Shown here piece after piece: positions 49,905 through 60,350 of a stretch of DNA of 64,000 nucleotides. The notes under the pieces were generated by a model. The model was not told the DNA's origin. It ran no database searches and saw nothing but the letters and a program-made list of their open reading frames with translations. Location of the stretch: NCBI GenBank assembly GCA_018664075.1, contig JABJOY010000074.1, forward strand, positions 241 through 64,240, given 5' to 3'. The first letter of the stretch is position 1. Each line of letters starts with the position of its first letter. Origin of the DNA: Porticoccaceae bacterium. Its GTDB lineage: Bacteria; Pseudomonadota; Gammaproteobacteria; Pseudomonadales; Porticoccaceae. The position numbers were made by a program, and so were the translations under genes.

Positions 49905-50603
49905 CTACAACTCCCTGATACGTTTTCTTTTTTGCCAAGCCTCTGTGCCACGCAAATAAACCAAGTCGATGGTCTCCACCGACTGAGCCATACCCTTTGC
50001 CAACCCGCTCTCTGCGATTGCCAACAGATCCAGAGCATTGGGGTAAACAGACCTGTAGTTATCCGCGCTGAACTCAGATTCTTCGATCAGAGGTCCGGCA
50101 TTCCCAACCACCATTGCAGCTGGGTATTGCTCAATAATAGCCAATGCCTGTGCCGCACTCAGCAGCTGATCCGGCTCTAAAACAGTCACCTTTGCGGCTG
50201 ATTCGATCCGATAAACAGCACAATTAAACTCTGCCATGCGAGCATCTAACACAGGCACAACAGTAGTCCCCGCAGGAACATCGGCAAGTCGCCCGTAAGT
50301 CGCCGCCATCAACTGTAATGTAGACACAGGTACCACTGGTATATCCGCAGCAAATGCCAGCCCCTGCACAGTAGCGAACCCAATTCGCAACCCGGTAAAG
50401 GATCCCGGGCCAACGGTAACCCCAATAGCATCCAATTGGCTAACACTCAACTGAGCTTCACTCAGAACCTCATTGATCATAGACACAATCAGTCTAGTAT
50501 GGGATCTGGGCTCCTCTGAATATCTGTTCATAGAACGACCACGCACCTGCAGCGCCACAGAGCAGGCTGGCGTCGAGGTATCGATAGTCAATAATGCGGT
50601 CAT
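49905..50603 (-). CDS. tsaB: tRNA t6A protein TsaB
   Basis: IDTSTPACSVAL, GPGSFTGLRIG, DARM, LVYLR. Confidence 0.95.
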   Translation of the reverse strand: MTALLTIDTSTPACSVALQVRGRSMNRYSEEPRSHTRLIVSMINEVLSEAQLSVSQLDAIGVTVGPGSFTGLRIGFATVQGLAFAADIPVVPVSTLQLMAATYGRLADVPAGTTVVPVLDARMAEFNCAVYRIESAAKVTVLEPDQLLSAAQALAIIEQYPAAMVVGNAGPLIEESEFSADNYRSVYPNALDLLAIAESGLAKGMAQSVETIDLVYLRGTEAWQKRKRIREL

Positions 50604-50626
50604 TTAAAATCCAATAATTCGTGGGC

Positions 50627-50659
50627 AAAAAAAATCCCCCACCGAGGTGAGGGATTTTA
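50627..50659 (-). terminator. Intrinsic terminator of the H1-like gene
   Basis: Minus strand AAAATCCCTCACC-TC-GGTGGGGGATTTT continuing into a T8 run. Confidence 0.75.
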
Positions 50660-50682
50660 CAACTCTACAGACATTTAGACCA

Positions 50683-51684
50683 TCAGGATTTCTTGACTGG
50701 AGCTATTTTTGCTGCTGCTTTTTTTGCCGCTGGCTTTTTAGCAGAAACTTTCTTGGCAGGCGCTTTCTTAGCTGCCGGTTTTTCCGCTACTACTTTTTTA
50801 ACCGCTGACTTTTTCGCTGCAACTTTTTTAGCTGCTGGTTTTTTTGCCGCAACTTTCTTGGCTGGCTTTTTCGCTACTGCTTTTTTAGCTGCCGATTTTT
50901 TCGCCACAGCAGCCTTGGCTACTTTTTTCTTCACCGCAGTCTTCTTTTTGGGCTTTGCATTCGCTTTTGTTGCTTCAGCTTTAATCTTATCTGCCGCTTT
51001 CTTAGCTGCCGCTTTTACTTTTGCCGCTGCTGCTTTCTTCGCCGCCACAGCCTTCTTGGCATCCTGAGCTGCACGAGTCTTTAACCAGCGAGCTTCAAAC
51101 TTGCTTTTGGCTGTTGCCAGATCTGCTTTAGCACTTGAAGCCATCTTTGCTTCAAGGCTATTCAATGAGGCCTGTGCCTTTGCTTCCGCACTTGCTACAG
51201 TCTGCATTATCTGCGCAACCCGCTGGGCAGTTTTAGCCGTTTTTACATCAGCCTGAAGACCTTGAAGTTTGGCATTAGTCGCTTTGAAATCTTTTCTCGC
51301 TGCCGCTAGAGATTTTCGTGAAACCGCATTAGCTTTCTTAGCCAGTCTCTCTTTCGCTGCGGCAATTTTTTTGCGCGATGCATCAACACGCAATGCCTGA
51401 GCTGTTACTTTGCCCTGCACAGCAACTACAGCTGCTGCGGCTTTTTGCACGTTGTTTAATTTGGTAGCTTTTTTCGCTGGAGCTTTTTTCGCAGGAGCCT
51501 TGGCAGCGGATGTTTTCTTAGCCGGGGCTTTTTTCGCTGGGGCTTTTTTAACAGATGCTTTTTTTGCAACTGGCGCTTTAGTTACAACTGCTGTTGCTGG
51601 TGCTTTTGTTTCTGCTGGTTTGCTCGATTGCTTTTTCACTTCAACTCTCCGTGACCTAGCTAAAATAGAATCTAAAAATGACAT
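50683..51684 (-). CDS. Histone H1-like Lys/Ala-rich protein with a central helical/coiled-coil domain
   Basis: 333 aa, PAKK/AAKK repeats at both ends, about 15 acidic residues, no Cys/Tyr/His; own promoter-like and terminator signals. Confidence 0.85.
   Translation of the reverse strand: MSFLDSILARSRRVEVKKQSSKPAETKAPATAVVTKAPVAKKASVKKAPAKKAPAKKTSAAKAPAKKAPAKKATKLNNVQKAAAAVVAVQGKVTAQALRVDASRKKIAAAKERLAKKANAVSRKSLAAARKDFKATNAKLQGLQADVKTAKTAQRVAQIMQTVASAEAKAQASLNSLEAKMASSAKADLATAKSKFEARWLKTRAAQDAKKAVAAKKAAAAKVKAAAKKAADKIKAEATKANAKPKKKTAVKKKVAKAAVAKKSAAKKAVAKKPAKKVAAKKPAAKKVAAKKSAVKKVVAEKPAAKKAPAKKVSAKKPAAKKAAAKIAPVKKS
50686..50955 (-). repeat. Degenerate pentapeptide coding repeats (C-terminal tail)
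   Basis: VAKK/AAKK/PAKK units: KKPAKKVAAKKPAAKKVAAKKSAVKK.. Confidence 0.8.
51466..51576 (-). repeat. Degenerate APAKK coding repeats (N-terminal tail)
   Basis: APVAKKASVKKAPAKKAPAKKTSAAKAPAKKAPAKK. Confidence 0.8.
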
Positions 51685-51715
51685 GGCTCAACTTTGCTTT
51701 GTTATAGGATCGTGA

Positions 51716-51745
51716 ATTTTAAGCGCCAGCGAATTGCTTTAGCAA
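51716..51745 (-). promoter_or_regulatory. Putative sigma70 promoter of the H1-like gene
   Basis: TTGCTA-18nt-TAAAAT with AT-rich upstream DNA. Confidence 0.45.
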
Positions 51746-51842
51746 CCTTTTGACGCCAAATAACAGAAAATAAGCTCAATTACATGGAATTAAATTATTT
51801 TTAGAGGGATTGTTTGCGATTTAGCAGAGAAGTCTAAAAAAT

Positions 51843-52493
51843 TTATCCGAGAACAGAAACAATCCGAGACTGCACATCAGCCAGCAAACCCAACCCATTG
51901 ATTGAAGAAAATGTCGGTGCCTGCTGACCACTGTCGGCAAGATCTGTATAAAACTTTACCAGTGGTTTGGTCTGGTCGTGATAGATATTAAGACGATTGC
52001 GCACAGTGCTTTCCTGATCATCTTCACGCTGCACCAACGGCTCGCCAGTCACATCATCCTGACCTGCAGTCGTTGGTGGGTTGTGAGCAATATGATAAAC
52101 ACGTCCTGAGCTTTCATGTACTCGACGACCACTGAGGCGGGAGACTATTTCTTCATCGTCAACGGCGATCTCAATAACAAACTGGATATCGATACCAGCA
52201 TCGACCAGTGCCTGAGCCTGAGGGATAGTGCGAGGGAAACCATCAAACAAAAACCCACTTTCGCAGTCAGACTGCTGAATACGCTCGTTTACCAGCGCAA
52301 TAATAAGATCATCAGATACCAGACCACCTGAGGCCATAATGTCTTTGACCTGCAAACCGAGGTCAGACTCTGCCTTTACCGCCGCACGCAACATATCGCC
52401 AGTTGAGATCTGGGGAATGCCATATTTTTCCGTAATAAATTGTGCTTGAGTGCCCTTTCCTGCACCTGGTGGTCCTAACAGAATCAATCTCAT
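51843..52493 (-). CDS. adk: Adenylate kinase
   Basis: [27 protein letters not shown] domain, QREDD. Confidence 0.99.
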   Translation of the reverse strand: MRLILLGPPGAGKGTQAQFITEKYGIPQISTGDMLRAAVKAESDLGLQVKDIMASGGLVSDDLIIALVNERIQQSDCESGFLFDGFPRTIPQAQALVDAGIDIQFVIEIAVDDEEIVSRLSGRRVHESSGRVYHIAHNPPTTAGQDDVTGEPLVQREDDQESTVRNRLNIYHDQTKPLVKFYTDLADSGQQAPTFSSINGLGLLADVQSRIVSVLG

Positions 52494-52587
52494 AAATACG
52501 TCCCTTAAAGGTAAACAAGCTGATGTCGAGAAAAGCTTTTAAAGCTAACCGGCGCCGTAGCGCTTCAGCGTTGGAAATGCGGCGCAC

Positions 52588-52616
52588 ACAATACACCTAA
52601 TAATTGGACCAAACAA
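52588..52616 (-). promoter_or_regulatory. sigma70 promoter of adk
   Basis: TTGTTT-17nt-TATTGT, GC-rich discriminator. Confidence 0.55.
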
Positions 52617-52673
52617 CCCTGAGAAAAGGGTGGCGACAAGTCTGCCTAAAGCCCACAACTAATACCAAGAGGA

Positions 52674-53480
52674 TTATTCCTCGAGTTTAACCTGACGCCA
52701 GAGAGACTCCATTGCCTCTGGACTCAACTGGCTTAAATTGTCGGCCCCGGCAAGGACTTCCATAGCTTCAAAGCGACGCTTGAATTTATTGTTCGAAGCG
52801 GCCAGCGCCTTTTCCCCATCTACCGCCAAATGACGAGCAAGGTTAACGCAGCTAAACATCAGATCACCTAGTTCATCTGCAATAGCCTGAGTATTTTGAG
52901 CTTCTATCTCTACTTCTAATTCCGCCAACTCTTCTTTGACTTTAGCAACTACTGCACTGACCTCTGTCCAGTCAAAGCCTTTACTAGCAGCGCGCTTTTG
53001 CAATTTGGCAGCACGACTTATGGCAGGCAGTGCCAGGGGAATATCTCCCAGGGTGCCCAACTCACCTTTTGCGGTGCGCTCCCGCTGCTTGATCGCTTCC
53101 CAGTTGCGCTTTATCTCTGCATCAGTGGCAACCTGCTGCTCTTCGCGCACTGAAGTCAGGGTGCCATCGGGAAAAACATGGGGATGACGACGCAATAATT
53201 TACTGGTGATTTTGGATACCACCAGATCAAAATCAAACTGGCCATCCTCTTCGCCCAGCTGGCTGTAAAAGATAATCTGAAATAGCAGGTCGCCCAACTC
53301 TTCGCTTAAATGCTCAATATCGCCCCGTTCAATAGCATCTACTACCTCATAAACCTCTTCAATGCTGTGGGAAGCAATGGACTGGTAAGTCTGCTTTATA
53401 TCCCAGGGGCAGCCAGTATTGGGGTCGCGCAAGCGCGACATCAGATAACGCAGATCGGCAATACTGTAGTGTTTATTCAA
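52674..53480 (-). CDS. mazG: Nucleoside triphosphate pyrophosphohydrolase MazG
   Basis: LRDPNTGCPWD, EEVYE, ELGDLL, RRHPHVF, second ELGDL; likely TTG start at 53480. Confidence 0.95.
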   Translation of the reverse strand: MNKHYSIADLRYLMSRLRDPNTGCPWDIKQTYQSIASHSIEEVYEVVDAIERGDIEHLSEELGDLLFQIIFYSQLGEEDGQFDFDLVVSKITSKLLRRHPHVFPDGTLTSVREEQQVATDAEIKRNWEAIKQRERTAKGELGTLGDIPLALPAISRAAKLQKRAASKGFDWTEVSAVVAKVKEELAELEVEIEAQNTQAIADELGDLMFSCVNLARHLAVDGEKALAASNNKFKRRFEAMEVLAGADNLSQLSPEAMESLWRQVKLEE

Positions 53481-53499
53481 ACTGCAAGCCTCAGTTGGT

Positions 53500-54387
53500 T
53501 CAGGCGTAAATACCTGAGGACAGATAGCGATCTCCCCTGTCACAGATAATTGCCACTATGGTGGCATTCTCAACTGTTTCGCTCAGCGCCAGTGCCGCAG
53601 CCACAGAGCCGCCAGCAGAGACACCGCAAAAAATACCCTCTTCTCTGGCCAGACGACGCATTGCCTGCTCGGCATCGGTCTGAGAAATATCCATTACTTT
53701 ATCCACATTGGCCTGATCAAAAATCCCTGGCATATAGGCCTTGGGCCAGCGTCTGATACCAGGAATTGATGCACCGTCTTCGGGCTGCAAGCCGATAATT
53801 TCGATTGCCGGATTCTGTTCTTTGAGATAGGCAGAGACTCCCATAATAGTGCCAGTGGTTCCCATGGAACTTACAAAATGGGTAATGGTGCCCTTGGTAT
53901 CGCGCCATATTTCCGGACCTGTTCCCTGATAATGAGCCAGGGGGTTATCCGAATTATTAAACTGGTCAAGCACAGTGCCCTGGCCTTCAGCTTGCATTTT
54001 TTGCGCAAGATCCCTAGCCCCTTCCATGCCCTCTGCCTGACTGACTTCAATCAGCTCGGCACCATAGGCGGTCATTGCCCATTTGCGTTCATCCGTGGCA
54101 TTGTCCGGCATGATTAATGTCATGCGGTAGCCCCTCATCGCCGCAGCCATGGCCAGAGCAATACCGGTATTGCCACTGGTCGCCTCAATCAAATGATCTC
54201 CGGGGCTAATCTCACCCCGGGCCTCGGCGCCTTTAATCATATTTAGCGCCGGGCGGTCTTTAACACTGCCGGCAGGGTTGTCACCTTCCAGCTTGGCAAG
54301 AATAGTATTGGATGTTTTACCGGGCATACGCTGCAACGCCACCATACGGGTGTTGCCAACGCAATGTTCGATGCTGGGATAGTCCAT
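53500..54387 (-). CDS. cysM: Cysteine synthase B
   Basis: KLEGDNPAGSVKDR, ATSGNTG, SSMGTTGT, GIRRWP, CDRGDRYLS. Confidence 0.96.
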   Translation of the reverse strand: MDYPSIEHCVGNTRMVALQRMPGKTSNTILAKLEGDNPAGSVKDRPALNMIKGAEARGEISPGDHLIEATSGNTGIALAMAAAMRGYRMTLIMPDNATDERKWAMTAYGAELIEVSQAEGMEGARDLAQKMQAEGQGTVLDQFNNSDNPLAHYQGTGPEIWRDTKGTITHFVSSMGTTGTIMGVSAYLKEQNPAIEIIGLQPEDGASIPGIRRWPKAYMPGIFDQANVDKVMDISQTDAEQAMRRLAREEGIFCGVSAGGSVAAALALSETVENATIVAIICDRGDRYLSSGIYA

Positions 54388-54507
54388 ATTCACAATCTAC
54401 AATTGGTCAAAGTTATCACCCATTGTGCCTCAAGCGATGCGCTTGCGCCTCTGCAGGGTGGTTATATCACAGAACTATTTCATCTATCCTGATTCAGGTA
54501 TCTTGAA

Positions 54508-54882
54508 TCAGGTCAAGACAGCATAGGCCAGGGCATACTGCTGTTCATCGGCCAGGCTCAATAGTATCCGGCTGCCGCCCAATGACTGCATCACTTTCAA
54601 TGCTCCTCCACTAAGCTCCACTCCCGGGGCGCCAACATCATTGTTTACAATCAAGATATCCTGAAAGCTCACACCGCGACCTATGCCGGTACCCAATGTT
54701 TTGGCAACGGCTTCTTTCGCGGCAAACCGCTTGGCCACATAGGCAGCATCCTGCTTTCTGCGATGATACTCCTGCTGCTCTGGCTCGCAGAGTATACGCT
54801 GAACAAATTTATCACCCTGCCGTTCCAGCATGGCGACAATGCGCGCTATCTCAACAATGTCTGTGCCTATTGCCAGTGCCAT
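54508..54882 (-). CDS. acpS: Holo-ACP synthase
   Basis: IGTDIVEIARI, AKRFAAKEAVAK, GAP. Confidence 0.95.
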   Translation of the reverse strand: MALAIGTDIVEIARIVAMLERQGDKFVQRILCEPEQQEYHRRKQDAAYVAKRFAAKEAVAKTLGTGIGRGVSFQDILIVNNDVGAPGVELSGGALKVMQSLGGSRILLSLADEQQYALAYAVLT

Positions 54883-55649
54883 TACTTTTGCTCCGCCTGC
54901 TGTTGCAGACTATCTGATTTTTCATCAGCAGACATTAGATGCTGGCGATAAAGCTCACGACTATGCAGCTGTCTGCCGCCCAAATAAAAGTCTATCACGC
55001 CACGATTAATTTGCTTCGCCGTTCTCAAGACCGAAGGCAGGCTATAGTCGCCATTGACCAGAGCAATTAAATCCGCACCCTTCAGAGCATTGGCATCAGG
55101 TCGCTGTTGATTACTGAGCAGTCTTAAGCCCTGCTCCGGAATATACTGATATAGCAACTCAGAATCTATCGCACTACCCTGAGAGTCCAAATCCAATACC
55201 AGCCCATAACCCAATTCCTCCAGTAGCGACATTTCCAAGTGCCTCAGCATCGGCTCATCGGGCCCATGGTTGGCCAACTGTAAGATAAATTTTCGATACT
55301 GCTGGTAGAAATATTCATGGGCATCGTAGTCATGCAACAGACGATGCAAAAGTTCATTGATGTAGAGTCCGGTAAACAATGCTTCGGCACGCAAAAATAC
55401 CGGTGCCTGAATGGCGTCGGCGCGGGTCAGGGTCTTCAGCTCGCCATTGCCCTGCCAGCCAAAATGATGCTCTGTGTAGGGAAACAGGGCGCGACTGATG
55501 CCCTGTTTGTTAGGCTTGCGAAAGCCTTTGGCTACACAGCGCACGCGCCCGTGATTGCGGCTGTAGAGATCGACCAGCAGACTGGTCTCGCGGTAGGGCG
55601 TAACATGCAGCACAAATCCTGGTTCGGCTTCGATACGCACCGTAATCAC
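54882..55649 (-). CDS. recO: DNA repair protein RecO
   Basis: [38 protein letters not shown]. Confidence 0.94.
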   Translation of the reverse strand: MITVRIEAEPGFVLHVTPYRETSLLVDLYSRNHGRVRCVAKGFRKPNKQGISRALFPYTEHHFGWQGNGELKTLTRADAIQAPVFLRAEALFTGLYINELLHRLLHDYDAHEYFYQQYRKFILQLANHGPDEPMLRHLEMSLLEELGYGLVLDLDSQGSAIDSELLYQYIPEQGLRLLSNQQRPDANALKGADLIALVNGDYSLPSVLRTAKQINRGVIDFYLGGRQLHSRELYRQHLMSADEKSDSLQQQAEQK

Positions 55650-56545
55650 TCATCCATATAGCCAAGACTGCGCAGCGCTCTCTCATCATCAGACCAGCCA
55701 CTGCGAACCTTAACCCAGGTTCTAAGCATTACTTTGGAATCCAGCAGACTCTCCATATCAGCCCGAGCCTGAGCGCCAATTTTCTTAATCCGCTCACCGT
55801 TACTACCAATAATAATTTTCTTCTGCCCATCCCGCTCAACCAGAATCAAAGCACTGATATGGGTGATTTTTTTCTCAACGCGAAATTCTTCAATCTCTAC
55901 TGTCACCTGATAGGGGACTTCAGCACCCAGTTGACGAGTTATTTTTTCCCGCACGATCTCGGCGGCCAAAAAACGTTCACTGCGATCAGTAATCTGATCT
56001 TCCGGGAACATATGCATTCGTTCTGGCATATAGGTTTTGATTTTTTCTTCCAACTCACCAAGGTTGGTTCTGCGCAATGCAGACAGGGGGACCAGATCGG
56101 CAGCATCAACTTTCTTTGACAAGAACTGCAGATGGGGCAGTAGAGCTTCTTTGTCTTCAATCATATCCACCTTGTTCACCGCCACAATTACCGGCACAGA
56201 GTTATTGCCCAGATACTTGGCGACATATTCATCGGCCTCGCTCCATTCGAAGCGATCGACAACAAAAACCACTACATCGACATCGGCAATAACGCTGGCA
56301 GCCGAGCGATTCATCACCCGGTTAATGGCACGTTCCTGATTGGTATGAATACCTGGAGTGTCGACAAAGATCATCTGCAGATCATCTTCCGTTTTAATGC
56401 CCAGCAATGTATGCCTGGTGGTCTGAGGCTTACGGGAGGTAATACAAAGCTTCTGCCCCAGAATATGATTGAGCAGAGTCGACTTGCCTACATTGGGGCG
56501 GCCAACAATAGCCACATAGCCGCAGCGGGCTGATACTTCAGTCAA
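55646..56545 (-). CDS. era: GTPase Era
   Basis: [23 protein letters not shown] domain. Confidence 0.98.
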   Translation of the reverse strand: MTEVSARCGYVAIVGRPNVGKSTLLNHILGQKLCITSRKPQTTRHTLLGIKTEDDLQMIFVDTPGIHTNQERAINRVMNRSAASVIADVDVVVFVVDRFEWSEADEYVAKYLGNNSVPVIVAVNKVDMIEDKEALLPHLQFLSKKVDAADLVPLSALRRTNLGELEEKIKTYMPERMHMFPEDQITDRSERFLAAEIVREKITRQLGAEVPYQVTVEIEEFRVEKKITHISALILVERDGQKKIIIGSNGERIKKIGAQARADMESLLDSKVMLRTWVKVRSGWSDDERALRSLGYMDE

Positions 56546-57219
56546 AGGCCTTTCTCCAGATCATTTAAAAGTTGTTCTGCTACCATCTGCTCAGCCTTGC
56601 GCCTACTGCTCGCGGTGGCACTGTAATCCTTATCCAACAGAGCAATTCTGCAACTGACGGTAAAAAGTCGGCTGTGAGCCTCACCGCCAGTATGGGTCAA
56701 TTGATAGTTTGGCACTGGCTTGCCCCGCTGCTGCAACCATTCCTGCAAACTGGTTTTAGCATCTTTTGCCGGCTCGCTATCAGAGGCTGCATCAAGCAGA
56801 GGCTTAAACCAGCACAGAATACAGCTGCGCGCAGCCTCAAGTCCCGCATCTAAATACACAGCGCCAATCAACGCCTCTACTGTATCGCCCAATATAGAGT
56901 CGCGCCTGTGACCACCGCTTTTCATCTCGCCTGGACCCAGCAATAGTTCGGGGCCCAACTCAAGATCTCTGGCAACCTGGGCCAGTGATTCTGCGCGCAC
57001 AATTTGTGAACGCATGCGACTGAGATCGCCCTCCCGAGCCTGGGGGAATTGAAGATAGAGAAATTCGGAAACGCTGAGACCTAAAACGGAATCACCGAGG
57101 AATTCAAGGCGTTCATTATTGTTGCTGCCGCAGCTGCGATGGGAGAGTGCAATGGTTAAAAGCTGCTGATCGCCGAACTGGTATTGCAGGCGCTCTTGAA
57201 GTTGCCGGGCATTGCTCAA
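56542..57219 (-). CDS. rnc: Ribonuclease III
   Basis: [19 protein letters not shown], dsRBD KTSLQE. Confidence 0.98.
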   Translation of the reverse strand: MSNARQLQERLQYQFGDQQLLTIALSHRSCGSNNNERLEFLGDSVLGLSVSEFLYLQFPQAREGDLSRMRSQIVRAESLAQVARDLELGPELLLGPGEMKSGGHRRDSILGDTVEALIGAVYLDAGLEAARSCILCWFKPLLDAASDSEPAKDAKTSLQEWLQQRGKPVPNYQLTHTGGEAHSRLFTVSCRIALLDKDYSATASSRRKAEQMVAEQLLNDLEKGL

Positions 57220-57233
57220 TGATAATCCTCAGT

Positions 57234-57608
57234 TTAGTCGGTATGTTCGGCACTGTTGAATTGGTCAGTAAACTTCAGAACAACATCCACATTGGCAAAC
57301 AGCTCTACTCGTTTTTCATAGTCCAAACTTAAAACAACCCCCTCGGGACTGCGTTTGATCTGTACCTTAGACGCAGAGATATCGCGAATATTATTAATGG
57401 TAAAAAAATCGCCTATCTTGCGTCGAATATCTGTACTCGACTGTCCTTTTAAACCAGACTGGCCGACCTGCTCAAGGGCCCCTGCAACAATACGATTATC
57501 CAAATAATGGGGGCCGAGCTTAAATACTAATGTTAAAAAAAATCCACCAATAAAAATCGCGATAATGGTAGTGGTCAGGGTTGCGCCGCGCTGACTGTTT
57601 ATTTTCAT
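57234..57608 (-). CDS. DUF4845 family protein
   Basis: QRG followed by a TM segment, LDYEKRVELFANVDVV; usual position between lepB and rnc. Confidence 0.82.
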   Translation of the reverse strand: MKINSQRGATLTTTIIAIFIGGFFLTLVFKLGPHYLDNRIVAGALEQVGQSGLKGQSSTDIRRKIGDFFTINNIRDISASKVQIKRSPEGVVLSLDYEKRVELFANVDVVLKFTDQFNSAEHTD

Positions 57609-57674
57609 ACCAAGCTCCCTCTTAAAACCAAAATATTCGTCCTGAATAGAAAACTAATTTAACTCGCTATTACC

Positions 57675-58406
57675 TTACTGGATTTTTCCTGCGCGATCAA
57701 AACTGGGAACACTGAAAAATTCATTCCAAAACATCCAGCGGGCGAAGGCTTTACCCACAATGCGATCCTCAGGAACCGGACCCCAAACTCGACTATCACT
57801 GGAGTTGTCCCGATTGTCACCCATCATAAAATAATGCCCTTCCGGCACCAGCGACGAGTAATTCTGACTCAGGCGAGTAGGCGATATCCGCTTCTGCATC
57901 AGATGCTCAACGCCGGTCAAGTTTTCCGTCATCACCATGGAGCGGGCCGAGTTGGCTTCTTCCAGCGCCAGGGTCTGCTGCATCTGCTCGCCATTGACAT
58001 ACAGCAAGCCATTTAGCACCTGAATCTTGTCCCCGGGCAGACCCACCACACGCTTGATAAAATAGCGGTCTTCATGGGGTGGAAAGAACACCATAACATC
58101 GCCGCGCTCTGGCAGGGATACTTCAATCACTTTGGTCCGCAGCACTGGCAACCTGATACCGTAGGTCCATTTACTCACCAGAATAAAGTCACCTACCTTC
58201 AGGGTTGGCACCATTGACTGGGAGGGAATTTGAAAGGGCTCAACCACAAATGAGCGAAGAATTAAAACCAGGCCAAGCACCGGCGCAAGGGAGCCGACAA
58301 ATTCAACCAGCCCCTCTTCCTGCTTAACGACAAATTTATTCAATAGCCAGAATATCCCTGCAAGCAGAAATATCAGGGTCAGAATCAGTTCAAAATTGAG
58401 ATCCAT
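57675..58406 (-). CDS. lepB: Signal peptidase I
   Basis: EPFQIPSQSMVPTL, IKRVVG, GDNRDNSSDSR. Confidence 0.96.
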   Translation of the reverse strand: MDLNFELILTLIFLLAGIFWLLNKFVVKQEEGLVEFVGSLAPVLGLVLILRSFVVEPFQIPSQSMVPTLKVGDFILVSKWTYGIRLPVLRTKVIEVSLPERGDVMVFFPPHEDRYFIKRVVGLPGDKIQVLNGLLYVNGEQMQQTLALEEANSARSMVMTENLTGVEHLMQKRISPTRLSQNYSSLVPEGHYFMMGDNRDNSSDSRVWGPVPEDRIVGKAFARWMFWNEFFSVPSFDRAGKIQ

Positions 58407-58434
58407 AGGACCTATCTCCGTTGCAAACCGCGAA

Positions 58435-60228
58435 TTAAGTTTTCAAAACAGCCAGGAAAGCATCCTGTGGTATTTCCACGCTGCCCACCTGCTTCATACG
58501 TTTTTTACCAGCTTTCTGTTTTTCCAGCAGCTTCTTCTTGCGAGTGACATCGCCGCCGTAACATTTAGCGGTCACATTCTTGCGCAGTGCCTTCACTGTA
58601 GTTCGAGCAATAACACTGCCACCAATCGCCGCCTGAATGGCCACATCAAACATTTGACGGGGAATCAGTTCTTTCATTTTGTCTGCCAGATTGCGGCCTT
58701 TCTGCACCGAGTGGTCGCGGTGAATAATCGCTGCAAGGGCATCGACACGGTCACCATTAATAAGGATATCCAGCTTGACCAGAGAGGCAGCTTCAAAGCG
58801 AATGAAACTGTAGTCCAATGAGGCAAATCCACGGCTGACGGATTTCAGCCTGTCAAAGAAATCCATAACCACTTCGCTCATTGGCAACTCATAGCGAATT
58901 GACACCTGGCCACCAATAAACTGCATATCTTTTTGCACTCCACGCTTTTCAACGCAGAGGGTAATAACATTGCCTACATAGTCTTTGGGCACCAGTATAT
59001 TGGCTTCACAGATAGGCTCGCGCATCTCCTCAATATTACCGGGATCTGGCAAATCCGACGGGTTTGACACATAGAGTGTCTCACCTTTACTGGTAATAAT
59101 TTCATAGACTACTGTGGGAGCAGTGGTAATTAGATCGAGGTTATATTCCCGCTCCAGTCGCTCCTGAATAATCTCCATGTGCAGCATGCCAAGGAAACCG
59201 CAGCGAAAACCAAAACCCAGAGCATCTGAACTCTCAGGCTCATAAAACAAAGAAGCATCGTTAACCGCCAGCTTTGCCAGCGCCTCGCGAAAATCTTCAA
59301 AGTCATCGGAATCAACCGGGAACATACCCGCATAGACCTGAGGTTTAATCTTTTGGAACCCGGGCAGTGCCTCGGCCTCGGAGGTGCTCATATGGGTGAT
59401 GGTATCTCCCACTGGCGCGCCGAGAATATCTTTGATCCCAGCTACCATAAAGCCCACTTCACCGGCCTTTAGCACACCGGTTTCATGACGCTTGGGGGTA
59501 AACACACCAACACTATCGACCACATGGGGCTTGCCAATGGATTTGGCGACAATTTTGCTCTTGATGCTGAGGGTACCCTGCATAACCCTAACTAGGGACA
59601 CAACGCCCAGATAGTTATCAAACCAGGAATCAATAATAAGTGCCTGTAGCGGTGCATCCACATCCCCGATGGGGGCGGGCACCTGCTCTACCAGTTCTTC
59701 GAGAATATCCTTGATACCATCACCGGTTTTGGCGCTGCAGCGCACTGCCTCTTCAGCTTCAATACCAATAATATTCTCAATCTCATTGATCACTTTTTCC
59801 GGCTCTGCCTGGGGCAGATCCATCTTGTTTAGTACCGGAATCACTTCCAGCCCCTGGGCAATGGCTGTGTAGCAGTTAGCTACAGACTGGGCTTCTACGC
59901 CCTGAGCTGCATCCACAATAAGCAGCGCACCCTCACAGGCCGCCAGAGATCTGGAGACTTCGTAGGTAAAATCCACATGGCCGGGCGTATCGATAAAGTT
60001 GAGCTGGTAGGTTTTGCCATCTTTTGCAGTAAAGGGCAGCGTAACACTCTGGGATTTGATAGTGATACCGCGCTCGCGCTCGATATCCATGGAATCCAGC
60101 ACCTGAGCGGCCATTTCCCGCTCACTGAGGCCACCACAGAGCTGAATAAAGCGATCAGCAATGGTGGATTTGCCATGGTCGATATGGGCAATAATAGAAA
60201 AATTTCTGATATGACTGAGATCTGACAA
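58435..60228 (-). CDS. lepA: Elongation factor 4
   Basis: [32 protein letters not shown]. Confidence 0.99.
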   Translation of the reverse strand: MSDLSHIRNFSIIAHIDHGKSTIADRFIQLCGGLSEREMAAQVLDSMDIERERGITIKSQSVTLPFTAKDGKTYQLNFIDTPGHVDFTYEVSRSLAACEGALLIVDAAQGVEAQSVANCYTAIAQGLEVIPVLNKMDLPQAEPEKVINEIENIIGIEAEEAVRCSAKTGDGIKDILEELVEQVPAPIGDVDAPLQALIIDSWFDNYLGVVSLVRVMQGTLSIKSKIVAKSIGKPHVVDSVGVFTPKRHETGVLKAGEVGFMVAGIKDILGAPVGDTITHMSTSEAEALPGFQKIKPQVYAGMFPVDSDDFEDFREALAKLAVNDASLFYEPESSDALGFGFRCGFLGMLHMEIIQERLEREYNLDLITTAPTVVYEIITSKGETLYVSNPSDLPDPGNIEEMREPICEANILVPKDYVGNVITLCVEKRGVQKDMQFIGGQVSIRYELPMSEVVMDFFDRLKSVSRGFASLDYSFIRFEAASLVKLDILINGDRVDALAAIIHRDHSVQKGRNLADKMKELIPRQMFDVAIQAAIGGSVIARTTVKALRKNVTAKCYGGDVTRKKKLLEKQKAGKKRMKQVGSVEIPQDAFLAVLKT

Positions 60229-60303
60229 AGTGTTTGCGCTGCCGTTAAAAAATGCGAGCGGATTCTAGCCTATTTGCGTCTCAGTAGCTATCACGAGACT
60301 CAG

Positions 60304-60338
60304 GGCCACTTGTTTTTTCAAGCAAAAACCAAGTGGCC
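60304..60338. other. Long hairpin just downstream of mucD, no U-tract
   Basis: GGCCACTTG-T-TTTTT-CAAGC-AAAAA-C-CAAGTGGCC. Confidence 0.6.
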
Positions 60339-60350
60339 GACAGATCAGCC

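Noticed and set aside
50693-51715. Plus-strand hydrophobic repeat ORFs (AAFFAAGFLA..) at 50693-51067 and 51410-51715
   Set aside because: Antisense shadows of the Lys/Ala codons (AAA/GCT) of the H1-like gene
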